A DNA stretch of 64,000 nt from Acidobacteriota bacterium (GTDB taxonomy: Bacteria > Acidobacteriota > Thermoanaerobaculia > Multivoradales > UBA5704), in the NCBI GenBank assembly GCA_040005235.1, contig JBDTZG010000009.1:69330-133329 (forward strand). The letters run 5' to 3'. Position 1 is the first letter of the stretch. Each line of letters begins with the position of its first letter. The notes below the pieces were generated by a model. The model saw nothing but the letters and a program-made list of their open reading frames with translations, was not told the origin of the DNA and did no database searches. Below, one piece after another: positions 38,002 through 48,659 of the stretch. The position numbers and the translations under genes were made by a program.

Positions 38002-38839
38002 GATTGAGAGTCGGCAGAACCGTGCGGCGAAGGATATTCGGCGGCTTCGGCGAAGTAAAGGCGACCACGCCGTGCTCGAAGGCCCCCACCTGGTGGGCGA
38101 GGCGCTCCAGGCCGGGCTATCGCTCGATCCCGTGCTCGCGACGCCGGAGTTTCTGGCGGGAGCGGAAGGGCGTGAGATCGCCCGGCTGCTTTCGCTGGGT
38201 TCCTGCGAGCCGACGCTGGCATCGGCCGACGTGCTCGATTCGCTCGCCGACGCCGATTCGCCGAAAGGGCTGCTGGCGATCGCCCACCTGCCGCGCGGCG
38301 GGGTCACTTCGCTGCCGCTCCGCCCGGGAGGCCTCTACCTCTATCTCGACCGACTGCAAGATCCCGGCAACCTGGGTGCCATCGCGCGGGTGGCCGAAGC
38401 GACCGGCGCCGCGGGCTTGGCGCTCTCCCCCGGCAGCGTCCATCCGAACCACCCCCGCGCGCTACGCGCTTCGGCCGGCAGCCTGCTGCGCCTGCCCGTG
38501 GCGATCGGTGCTTCTGCGGAGGCGCTCTTCGCGCACCTCGCGCCGCTCTCCCCCACCTGGGCGGCGCTCGCCGCCGCGGGCGGGCAAGACCTCTACTCCG
38601 CCGAGTTTCCTCCTGGAGCCGGCGGGGCGGCCGGGCCGGGCGCGCTCATCCTCGCGCTCGGCGCCGAAGGCCCCGGCCTGTCGCGCGAGGTCGAGCGGCT
38701 GGTCGCACGCGAGGGGTTACTTCTCACCATTCCCCTTGAGCCCCCGGTCGAATCGCTGAACGTGGCGGTCGCCGCCGCGGTCGCCCTGTTCGAAATCCGG
38801 CGGCAGCGATCCGGGGCATTCCGGACCATCCCGGAATAA
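38000..38839 (+). CDS. TrmH/SpoU-family RNA methyltransferase
   Basis: IESRQN N-terminus, LQDPGNLGAI.R, LGAEG.GL and ESLNVA. Confidence 0.93.
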   Translation: MIESRQNRAAKDIRRLRRSKGDHAVLEGPHLVGEALQAGLSLDPVLATPEFLAGAEGREIARLLSLGSCEPTLASADVLDSLADADSPKGLLAIAHLPRGGVTSLPLRPGGLYLYLDRLQDPGNLGAIARVAEATGAAGLALSPGSVHPNHPRALRASAGSLLRLPVAIGASAEALFAHLAPLSPTWAALAAAGGQDLYSAEFPPGAGGAAGPGALILALGAEGPGLSREVERLVAREGLLLTIPLEPPVESLNVAVAAAVALFEIRRQRSGAFRTIPE

Positions 38840-38910
38840 CACCTTTTCACCCCCAAGGCGTCCTCCGAGTGCAGCCGTGCCGGGATAGCATGGCGCTTTC
38901 GGAGATCTTC

Positions 38911-41900
38911 ATGCGCAGCCCTGCTCTCGTTCGTTCCGTTTGGCTGGCGATGTCGGCCGCGGTCTTCTCGATCGCCCTCCCCGCTTTCGCCGCCGCGGCT
39001 CCGCCGGCCTCTACGGCCCCTTCAAAGATACCCGTCGCCTTGCCCTGGTCGGGCGCGGCTTTTTCCACTTCGCCCGCCGCCCTGCTCGCTGCGGCCAAAG
39101 CGCTGCCTGCGGCGACCGGTCAGCCGGTCGATTTTCTCCTCTTCGAATCGCGGCTGACGCTCGAAGCGAACGGCTTGTGGAGCGAACGGCAGCACCAGAT
39201 CTATCGCGTGCTCGACGCCTCGGCGATCGACGATTGGGCTTATGTGGAACAGGGCTGGTCGCCCTGGCATCAGCTGCGGCCGGAGCTTTCCGCCCGGGTG
39301 ATCGGCGTCGACGGCACCGAGCGCCGGCTCGATCCGAAGACGATCTCGGAAAGCTCCGCTGGCGAAGACTCGGCGATCCTGTTCGACGACGCCAAGGTCC
39401 TGCGCGCGCCGCTGCCCGCGGTCGAGGCCGGCGCGATCGTCGAGATCGAGACCTACGTGCGCGACCAGCGGCCGTTGTTTTCCGCCGGCAGCGTCCGCCG
39501 CTTGACGTTTCCGAGCGACCACCTGCGTCTGGCGCGGGTGGACGTCGATGCCGATGCCGCGGCACCCCTCCACTGGGTGCGCCGCCTGCTGCCGGAGACC
39601 GGGCCGGTCGAGCGCACCGAGGGCGGGCGGCGGCGGCTCCATTTCGAATGGCGGGACCTCGCGTGGAAGAGCCCGGTCGATATCGGCCTGCCCTCCGACC
39701 AGCCCTGGTTCCCCTACCTCGCCTTCAGCTCGGGCGCCACCTGGCAAAGCGTCGCTGCCACTTACTCCGAATTGGTGGACCGCGCGCTCGCCGGGGCCGA
39801 CGTGCGCGATGCGGTCGAGAAGGCAAGCGTCGGCGCGACCGACCAGGCGCAGGTGATCGACCGGCTGCTCGCCTATCTCCAGGCCCGTGTGCGGTATACC
39901 GGGGTCGAGTTCGACGATGCCGCGATCGTGCCGCGCTCGCCCGCCGAAACGCTCGCCCGCCGCTTCGGCGACTGCAAGGACAAGTCGGCGCTGCTCGTGG
40001 CCCTCCTGCGCGCCGCCGACATTCCGGCCTATCTGGCGCTCCTTTCCGGCGGCTGGGAACCCGACATCGATCCGGAGCTGCCCGGCCTGGGCAATTTCAA
40101 TCATGCGATCGTCTACGTGCCGGCCTCGCCCCCGATCTGGATCGACGCCACCGAAGATCTGGCCCGGGCCGGCGAGCTGCCCTCCTCCGATCGCGACCGC
40201 TGGGTGCTGGTGGCGGCGCCGGGGACGAAGGCTCTCCAAAAGACCCCGCAGCCGGTCGCCGGAGAGAACCTGCTCTCCCGCACCCGCACGATCACTCTTT
40301 CGGAGCTGGGCAAGGCAAAGATCGTCGAGGAAAACGTGTTCCACGGCGACGTCGAGATCTGGGCGCGCCGCAATCTCGGGATGGCCGACGAGAAGACGCG
40401 CAAAGAGTGGGTGACGAATTATTCCAAGTCGAGTTACCTCACCGACCAGATCGGCCCCTTCCAGATCGATGGCGCCAACGATCTCGGCAAACCGTTCCAC
40501 ACCCGCTGGGAGATTCCGGCCTCGCCGCGCGGCTCGACCGATCTGAACGAAGCCGCCGTCGGCATCCGCCTGGAAAGCCTGATCGAACGGCTGCCCTACC
40601 CATTTCTGCACCCGGACTCCAAGGGCTCGGAGGATGCCGACGAAGAAGACTCCACCGACCCGGCCGACGACGAATCGACCGCCGCGACGGCCACGGCGCC
40701 GAACGACGACCCGGACGGCACGGCCCCGTCCGCGGAGACCACCGAGACGGTAGGGACCACCGAGAGCCCGAAAGGCGCCAAGACGCCCAAGCGCACGCAG
40801 CCTTTCGTCTTCGACAATCCGTTCGTCACCGAATGGCGCTATGAGATCCATCCGCCCCCGGGTTTCGTCGTGCGCGAGATCCCCGAATCGAAGGTCGAGG
40901 CGTTCGGCCCGGCCTCGTCGCTCGAACGGCGCTACCGGAGCTTGCCCGGCGGCGTGCTCGAAGCCTATTACCGCTTCGACAGCGGCAAGGTCCGCCTGTC
41001 GCCCGGCGAGTTCGAGGCGATGCGCGGAAAGACCCTGGCGCTCTCGGAAGGCGAGCCGATCCTGCTCTATTTCGACCAGGTGGGCGCCGCGGCGCTCAAT
41101 CAGGGCAAGGTATCCGAAGCGCTCGCCGAGTTCCGCCGGCTGGCGGCCGAGGCTCCCGATCGCGCCCTCTATCCTCTGCAGGTCTCGCGCGCGCTGCTCG
41201 CTGGCGGTTTGCAGGAGGCGGCCCAGGCGGAGGCCGAGCGGGCGGTCGCGATGAGCCCCAAGCTCGCCGCGGCGCAACAGAACCTCGGCTGGGTGCTGCA
41301 ACATGACCGGCTCGGCCGCCTGCGCGGCAAGGGCGGGTTCGACCTCGCCGGCGCGGTGGCGGCCTATAAGAAGGCGGTGGCGCTCGATCCCGAAAACGCC
41401 GTCGCCAAGGCCGACCTCGCGATCCTGCTGGAGTTCGACGCCAAGGGCGGGCAGTATGGAAAAGGCGCCGACCTCGCGACGGCCGGCACCCTCTACCGCG
41501 AGCTGCACGACAAGGGGACCACCGGCCTCGACGTCAATCTGATGAACAACCTGTTGCAGCGCGGCAAGCTCGACGAGCTGAAGAAGTTCACCGCCAAGGC
41601 CGGTGCCTCCGCGGCGCAACAGCAGTACCTGGCGGCCGCCCTGGCGCTGCTCGACGGCCCCGACGCGGCATCCCGCCTGGCCCGCGGCGTGGCGGACAAC
41701 GACCAGCGCGTCGCCATGCTTTCGCTCGCCGGGCAGCAGCTGCTGCGGAGCCGTCGCTACACCGAGGCCGGCAAGCTGTTCCAGATTCTCGCCTCGGTCT
41801 CTAAAAACGGCGCCGCGGCGCTCGGCATGATGCAGAAGATCTCCTCGGTCCGCCGCTGGGAAGAGGTCGAGCTGCCGGCGCGCGAACCCGGCACCCTGAT

Positions 41901-43281
41901 GGCCCGCATGCTCATGCTCGCGCTGCAGAAAAAGCTTCCGACCGAGGAGATGAAGGGGTACCTGTCGCGCCGGCTGCTGGCCGCCGAAGTCGATGCGGAG
42001 GTCAAGGAATTCGAATCGGCGGACTTCCTCGGCGCCTTTGCCAAAGGGGCCGGAGCCGAGGCGGAAGGCGACCCGGTGGCGCTCCAACTCGGCCTCGACA
42101 TGGCGGTCAACCTGCTGCATTCCGACGTGACCGGCGACGACGAGCAGGGCTACCGGGTCCGCTCCCACTTCGAAGGCTTTCCCAACTCCCCGACGTTCAC
42201 CCTCTTCATCCTGCGCGAGGACGGCCAGTACCGCCTGTTCTCGGACAACGAGGATTGGCAGCCGGTCGCCCGGCTGATCCTGGAGCTGGCCGACGCCGGC
42301 AAGCTCGACGCCGCCCGCCACTGGCTGGATTGGGCGCGCGACGAGATCGAGGACGACGAGGCCTCGGACCCCTACGCCCGGCCGCCGATCGTCCGCCTGT
42401 GGACGGCGGGCCAGACGGGGGATCTCGCGGCCATCCGCACCGCGGCAACCGTCCTGCTGGTGGAAAGCAACGACAAAGAGGTCGGCCCGGCCTTACGCGC
42501 CGCGATCGATCAGTGCCTTTTAGGGATCGCCGCGCTCCGTCCCACGGCGACCGGCGACACCGCCGTGGCGCTCGACCTCGCGACCTGGAAAGGTCTCGCC
42601 AAGCTCCAACGCTGGAGCGATCTAATCCCGCTGCTCGATCGGCTGTCCAACGACCAACCCCGCTCGGAGCGCGCGCTCCGCGGCCTGCTCATCGCCGATC
42701 ACGAAACCGGTCGCTTCGAAGACATCACCTCGCGGCTCGAAGCGCGGCTGGCCAAGTCGCCGAACGACCCGTTCGCCACCCGCATGCTCGCGGATCTGGC
42801 CGACGACCAAGGGGACGTAGCGCACTCCCTCAAGCTCACCCGCGCACTGGTGGAAAGGGGCAAGGCCGAAGCGCTCGACTGGAATCGCCTGGCCTGGAAC
42901 CAGCTATTCGAGCCGGCGCCGGTCGCTGAAAAGATCCTCGCGGACGCCTCGCGCGCCTCCGAAATGACCGACCACTCCGACCGCGCGATCCTGCACACCC
43001 TGGCCTCCGTCTACGCCGAGCTCGAACGACCGACCGAGGCCTACCGCGTCCTCCTGCAATCGATCGATGCGGGAGATCACAAACCGTCCACTTCCGACTG
43101 GTACGTCCTCGGCCGGATGGCCGAAAGCTACGGCCTCCCCGACCAGGCGCGCACCTACTACACCCGGGTCGAGAAGCCCAAGCGATTCGTCCAGGTGAGC
43201 GCGTTTACGCTTGCGCAGCGAAGGTTGGCGACGTTGGGACCGGCGAAGGACAAAAAGGAGGGGAAGAAGGCCAAGGCGTAG
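38911..43281 (+). CDS. Secreted DUF3857 plus transglutaminase-like plus TPR protein
   Basis: Signal peptide; GDCKD / FNHAI / WID triad; TPR repeats; GGAG RBS before 38911. Confidence 0.88.
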   Translation: MRSPALVRSVWLAMSAAVFSIALPAFAAAAPPASTAPSKIPVALPWSGAAFSTSPAALLAAAKALPAATGQPVDFLLFESRLTLEANGLWSERQHQIYRVLDASAIDDWAYVEQGWSPWHQLRPELSARVIGVDGTERRLDPKTISESSAGEDSAILFDDAKVLRAPLPAVEAGAIVEIETYVRDQRPLFSAGSVRRLTFPSDHLRLARVDVDADAAAPLHWVRRLLPETGPVERTEGGRRRLHFEWRDLAWKSPVDIGLPSDQPWFPYLAFSSGATWQSVAATYSELVDRALAGADVRDAVEKASVGATDQAQVIDRLLAYLQARVRYTGVEFDDAAIVPRSPAETLARRFGDCKDKSALLVALLRAADIPAYLALLSGGWEPDIDPELPGLGNFNHAIVYVPASPPIWIDATEDLARAGELPSSDRDRWVLVAAPGTKALQKTPQPVAGENLLSRTRTITLSELGKAKIVEENVFHGDVEIWARRNLGMADEKTRKEWVTNYSKSSYLTDQIGPFQIDGANDLGKPFHTRWEIPASPRGSTDLNEAAVGIRLESLIERLPYPFLHPDSKGSEDADEEDSTDPADDESTAATATAPNDDPDGTAPSAETTETVGTTESPKGAKTPKRTQPFVFDNPFVTEWRYEIHPPPGFVVREIPESKVEAFGPASSLERRYRSLPGGVLEAYYRFDSGKVRLSPGEFEAMRGKTLALSEGEPILLYFDQVGAAALNQGKVSEALAEFRRLAAEAPDRALYPLQVSRALLAGGLQEAAQAEAERAVAMSPKLAAAQQNLGWVLQHDRLGRLRGKGGFDLAGAVAAYKKAVALDPENAVAKADLAILLEFDAKGGQYGKGADLATAGTLYRELHDKGTTGLDVNLMNNLLQRGKLDELKKFTAKAGASAAQQQYLAAALALLDGPDAASRLARGVADNDQRVAMLSLAGQQLLRSRRYTEAGKLFQILASVSKNGAAALGMMQKISSVRRWEEVELPAREPGTLMARMLMLALQKKLPTEEMKGYLSRRLLAAEVDAEVKEFESADFLGAFAKGAGAEAEGDPVALQLGLDMAVNLLHSDVTGDDEQGYRVRSHFEGFPNSPTFTLFILREDGQYRLFSDNEDWQPVARLILELADAGKLDAARHWLDWARDEIEDDEASDPYARPPIVRLWTAGQTGDLAAIRTAATVLLVESNDKEVGPALRAAIDQCLLGIAALRPTATGDTAVALDLATWKGLAKLQRWSDLIPLLDRLSNDQPRSERALRGLLIADHETGRFEDITSRLEARLAKSPNDPFATRMLADLADDQGDVAHSLKLTRALVERGKAEALDWNRLAWNQLFEPAPVAEKILADASRASEMTDHSDRAILHTLASVYAELERPTEAYRVLLQSIDAGDHKPSTSDWYVLGRMAESYGLPDQARTYYTRVEKPKRFVQVSAFTLAQRRLATLGPAKDKKEGKKAKA

Positions 43282-43429
43282 GCCGACCCGGCGGGTTCCC
43301 CGGCTTCTCCGGAGGGGAGGAGCTTGGGACTTTCTCGGACGCAGGTTCTATCCCTTCACTTCGTCCCCTTGCCGGCAACCCCGGCCCGGCATAGTCTTGC
43401 CCGTCTTTTTCCCCTCAGGAGGGCATGCC

Positions 43430-45331
43430 GTGGATCAGGTCACCTGGCGCGACCGTTGGCGCTACCGTTTCGACAACTTCATGGCCCGCGGCACGGGGGC
43501 GTTGCTGCTTGCTCTCGCCGTCGCCTCGGCCGTCATGGTTCTTTCGATCGCCGGCATCGTCGCCCTGGCGCACGTTGCCCCCGCGGGCGACGACGGCAAG
43601 CAAATCGGCTTCTTGGGACTCGCCTGGATGGGGCTTTTGCGCACGCTCGACACCGGCACCATGGGGGGAGACACCGGCAGTGTCTGGTTCCTCTCCGCGA
43701 TGCTCGCGGTAACGCTCGGCGGCGTGTTCACGGTTTCGACCCTGATCGGCGTGCTCAATAACGGCCTCGAAGGCAAGCTCTCCGACCTGCGCAAGGGGCG
43801 GTCGCGGATCATCGAGTCGGAGCACACGATCATCCTCGGCTGGTCGCAGCAGATTTTCCCGATCCTCTCCGAGCTATTGCTTGCAAACGAAAGCCGCAAA
43901 GACGCCTGCGTCGTGGTGATGGGTGAGCACGACAAGGCCGAGATGGAAGACGAGATCGCCGAACGGATCGGACCGACCGGGAAAACCCGGATCGTCTGCC
44001 GCTCGGGCAGCCCGATCGACCTCGCGGATTTGAAGATCGTGAGCCTCCAGACCTCGCGCTCGATCGTCGTCCTGTCGCCCGAAGGGGACGACCCCGACGC
44101 AAGCGTGATCAAGACCCTGCTTGCGATCACCAACGGCCCCGACCGCCGGCCGGAGCCGTACCACGTGGTGGCCGAGATCCGCAATCCGAAAAACGTCGAG
44201 GTCGCGCGCATGGTCGGCCGCGACGAGGTGGAGCTGCTGCTGGTGGGCGACCTGATCTCGCGCATCATCGCCCAGACCTGCCGCCAGTCGGGCCTGTCGA
44301 TCATCTACACCGAGCTGTTCGATTTCGGCGGCGACGAGATCTATTTCCGCGAAGAGCCCTCGCTGGTGGGCAAGACCTACGCCGAAGCGCTGGCCGCCTT
44401 CGACGATTCGGCGGTCATGGGCATCGCGCCGGTGACCGGCAAGCCGCGCTTGAACCCGGCGATGGACATGCGAATCGCCGCGGGCGAACGGCTGATCCTG
44501 GTCGCCCAGGACGACGATTCGATCCGCCTTTCCGGCAGGACCTTCCCGGTGAAGGAAGAGGCGATCCAGAACGGCGTGGAAGTTGCCCTGGTGCCGGAAC
44601 GGACGCTGATCCTGGGCTGGAACTGGCGGGCGACGAAGATCCTCTCCGAGCTATCGCAGTACGTGGCCCCCGGTTCGCACGCGACCGTGGTCTCGGAAGT
44701 CGCCGAAACGGCCGATCTGGTCGCATCGCTCGGCGATCCCCCGAACATGAAGATCGAGCTGATCGAAGGCGACACCTCGGATCGCCGCCTGCTCGACGGC
44801 CTGGGTCTCGAAACTTTCGACCACATCATCGTCCTCTCCTACGCCGACGACATGGAAGAGCAGCGGGCGGACGCCAAAACCCTCGTCACCCTCCTCCACC
44901 TGCGCGAGATCAGCGAGATCAAGAAGCGGGCATTCTCGATCGTCAGCGAAATGCTCGACGTCCGAAACCGCGCGCTCGCCGAAGTTACGAAGGCGGACGA
45001 CTTCATCGTCAGCGACCGCCTGATCAGCTTGATGCTCGCCCAGATCTCGGAAAACAAGCAGCTCGCCGCGGTATTCGACGACCTGCTCGATCCGGAAGGA
45101 AGCGAGATCTACCTCAAACCCGCCGCGGCCTACGTCCGCCCCGGCACCCCGGTCGACTTCTACACCGTCGTCGAAGCCGCCCGCCGTCGCGGAGAATCGG
45201 CGATCGGCTACCGCATCGCGGCCGACTTGAAGAACGCCGAAGCCGCCTACGGCATCAAGCTGAACCCGAAAAAGTCCGAGACGCTCTCGTTCACCGCCGA
45301 GGATCGGATCGTGGTGCTGGCGGAAGACTAG
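43430..45331 (+). CDS. CASTOR/POLLUX (DMI1)-related putative cation channel
   Basis: RYRFDNFM, LDTGTMGGD filter, HTIILGW RCK domains and EGSEIYLKP; GTG start after AGGAGG. Confidence 0.9.
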   Translation: MDQVTWRDRWRYRFDNFMARGTGALLLALAVASAVMVLSIAGIVALAHVAPAGDDGKQIGFLGLAWMGLLRTLDTGTMGGDTGSVWFLSAMLAVTLGGVFTVSTLIGVLNNGLEGKLSDLRKGRSRIIESEHTIILGWSQQIFPILSELLLANESRKDACVVVMGEHDKAEMEDEIAERIGPTGKTRIVCRSGSPIDLADLKIVSLQTSRSIVVLSPEGDDPDASVIKTLLAITNGPDRRPEPYHVVAEIRNPKNVEVARMVGRDEVELLLVGDLISRIIAQTCRQSGLSIIYTELFDFGGDEIYFREEPSLVGKTYAEALAAFDDSAVMGIAPVTGKPRLNPAMDMRIAAGERLILVAQDDDSIRLSGRTFPVKEEAIQNGVEVALVPERTLILGWNWRATKILSELSQYVAPGSHATVVSEVAETADLVASLGDPPNMKIELIEGDTSDRRLLDGLGLETFDHIIVLSYADDMEEQRADAKTLVTLLHLREISEIKKRAFSIVSEMLDVRNRALAEVTKADDFIVSDRLISLMLAQISENKQLAAVFDDLLDPEGSEIYLKPAAAYVRPGTPVDFYTVVEAARRRGESAIGYRIAADLKNAEAAYGIKLNPKKSETLSFTAEDRIVVLAED

Positions 45332-45359
45332 ACGCCGCACAGCGCCAAATGCGCTCCCG

Positions 45360-45683
45360 TAGAGCGGCTATCCACGGGGGATAGCCGCTATCGCCCATCC
45401 GCGAAGCGATCAGCTCTATCTGCGCTGGATTGGGGGCTATCCAAGCCAGATAGCCGCCATCCATGCCCGATAGCGGCTATCCGGACCGGAAAATTCTCTA
45501 TCGGCGCTGGAAAGCCGCTGTCCCCGAGCGATAGCCGCTATCTACGGCGTAAAACGCACTCGGAAGCCCGATAGCGGCGGTCGGCGAGCTGCTGCGAACC
45601 GCACCACGCGATAGCGGGAATCGGCGTTCGGAGGCGGCAATTCGACGGCGAGCTCGGCTATCGCTCTCCGATGATCACCGTAC
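45360..45683. repeat. Degenerate tandem array of 13-bp palindromes GATAGC[C/G]GCTATC with about 20-bp period
   Basis: Exact copies at 45380, 45469 and 45530; variants at 45360, 45408, 45428, 45449, 45489, 45510, 45570, 45610 and 45650. Confidence 0.85.
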
Positions 45684-45714
45684 AACCGGCCATGCCGCAC
45701 CGGCAACGAGGATC

Positions 45715-45744
45715 TGGAGTGCGGCGACATGTCGCCGCACTCCA
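45715..45744. repeat. Perfect 30-bp palindrome (REP-like or terminator)
   Basis: TGGAGTGCGGCGACA|TGTCGCCGCACTCCA, 3 nt past the cupin stop. Confidence 0.85.
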
Positions 45745-45747
45745 AAT

Positions 45748-46268
45748 TTAGGCGGTCAGCCGCTCGAGGAGATCGCGGTGGTCCGGATACGCCGCAAGCA
45801 GCGCCGGCCGCTCCCCCAGCTCGAAATCGGCGTAGTCGAAGCCTGGCGAAACGGTGCAACTGACCAGCGCGTAGGAATCAGGCGCGAGCACTTCCGCTCC
45901 GAACCAGCAGCCTGCAGGGACGACGGCCTGAAAGGTCTCCCCTGCCGAAATCTGGGCGCCGAGGCGGATCGTTCGGTATCCGCCCTCGGGTTCGAGGACG
46001 TGGATCGTGATTGGGCTTCCCTCGTGAAAGTGCCAGAGCTCGTCGGCGTGGAGGCGGTGGAGGTGGGAGGGGTGGCCGCTTTTCAACAGGAAGTAGATGG
46101 CGGTTGAAATGAGGCGGTCGCCGCCGAAGCAGGCGGGCAGGTGGTCGGCCCGTACGCTTAGGGCGGCGCGATAGGTTTCGGCGAAGAAGCCCCCTTCCGG
46201 ATGGGGAACGAGGCCGAGCGCGGCGACCAGCTCGGCCACGCGCTCGGCGGTTTTTCCGGAAGGGTCCG

Positions 46269-46272
<4 letters not shown>
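45748..46272 (-). CDS. Cupin, DUF985/Cupin_5 family
   Basis: PHPEGGFF.ETY, STAIYFLL, ELWHFHEG and CTVSPGFDYADFE. Confidence 0.93.
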
Positions 46273-47341
<1,069 letters not shown>

Positions 47342-47342
<1 letters not shown>

Positions 47343-48136
47343 CAGATCACCCTCGCTTCCTGGCGCAGTTTGTTCACCAGCGCCTGCGCCGCGGTCGCGG
47401 CGTCGCCCGAAAGAATCTGCGCTCCGGTGCCGCTTTCGGGGAAGGCCACCGAAACGATCTCCAGCCGCGAGCCTGCAAGGCCTACCGTGTCGGCTGCGAG
47501 CCCGAGGGCCGCCGCATCCACCTCTTCGATCGGCTTCTTGTTCGCGCCCATGATGCCCTTGAGCGAGGCATAGCGCGGGTGGTTGATTCCCGCCTGGATC
47601 TCGATCACGGCGGGGAGGTTCAGGCGGAAGATTTCGTTCATGCCGCTTTCCATCTCGCGCTTGACTTGGGCGGTCTTGCCGCCTTCTTCGATCTCCAGGC
47701 CGATCACCAGCCAGGCGTGCGGCCAGCCGAGTTGGCCGGCGAGGAGGGAACCGGTGCTGCCGTAGCCGACGTCGTCGGATTGGCTGCCGGTGAGCACGAG
47801 ATCGAAATTCTCGCGCCGGATCGCGGCGGCGAGAGCGCGGGCGGTGGCGATCGCGTCGCCTCCCGCAAACGCCGGGTCTTTCAAGAACACCGCGCGGGCG
47901 GCGCCGACCGCGAGCGCCTTCTTCAAGGCGTCCTTCACGCGATCCGGGCCGAGCGAGACGACCACCACCTCGCCGCCCGTCGCCTCGGCGATCTTCAATC
48001 CTTCTTCGAGCGCGTAGCGGTCGCTTTCGTTGGTGACGAACGACAGGTCTTCCTCGTCGATCCAGCGCCCGTCCTTGGCCACCCGAAGGCGGGCCTCGAC
48101 GTTGGGCACCTGTTTGATACACACGGCGACTTTCAT
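47342..48136 (-). CDS. etfB: Electron transfer flavoprotein beta subunit
   Basis: VCIKQVP, G.QSDD and PRYASLKGIM. Confidence 0.96.
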
Positions 48137-48152
48137 CGCGGATTAGTCTCCT

Positions 48153-48659
48153 CTAGAGGGCCGAACCGGCGCCTTCGAGCAGCCGCCGCAATTGCGGTGG
48201 CGGCGGATTGAACGCCCAGATTCGGCCGTCGAATGCCAATGTTGGGATCACGCGCCGGCCGCCGCTTCTGGCGATCACGGTCGCGGCGGCCGAAGCGTCT
48301 TGGTCGATGTCGATCTCGTCGTACTTGGTGCCGGCCTCCGCGAGGACGCGTTTGGCGGTCCGGCAGTCAGGGCACCAGGAAGCGCCGTAGACGATGAGCG
48401 CGGAGGTCGGAACCCCGCGGCCGTCGGCGAGTGCGGTGATCTCTTCGGACGTGAGCCGGGCGCCGAGGACGCGCAATTTGCCCATCGCATCGGAGACCAG
48501 TAGAACCGGCAGGTCGGCGCGAACCAGGCCGAGCCGCGCGAGCAGCGCGGCGCCTGCGGGATCGGTCGCCACGTCCATCGGATCGACCTGCGCCGCTGAC
48601 GGAGCGGCGGTGGAGGTTTCGGTCGAATCCCAGAGCAACTTCGGTCGGAGGCCCGTCAC
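48153..48659 (-). CDS. Glutaredoxin/mycoredoxin-like protein with an N-terminal extension
   Basis: YGASWCPDC and RVIPT; GTG start overlaps the SDR stop. Confidence 0.82.
   Translation of the reverse strand: MTGLRPKLLWDSTETSTAAPSAAQVDPMDVATDPAGAALLARLGLVRADLPVLLVSDAMGKLRVLGARLTSEEITALADGRGVPTSALIVYGASWCPDCRTAKRVLAEAGTKYDEIDIDQDASAAATVIARSGGRRVIPTLAFDGRIWAFNPPPPQLRRLLEGAGSAL

Noticed and set aside
39022-42321. 1099-aa antisense ORF (also 10790..12529, 18875..20569, 31449..33377 and similar)
   Set aside because: Shadow ORFs expected from high-GC codon bias over well-supported genes; no family motifs.
45360-45683. CRISPR array
   Set aside because: Repeats of 13 bp and spacers of about 7 bp are far below CRISPR sizes; repeats are degenerate; no cas genes.
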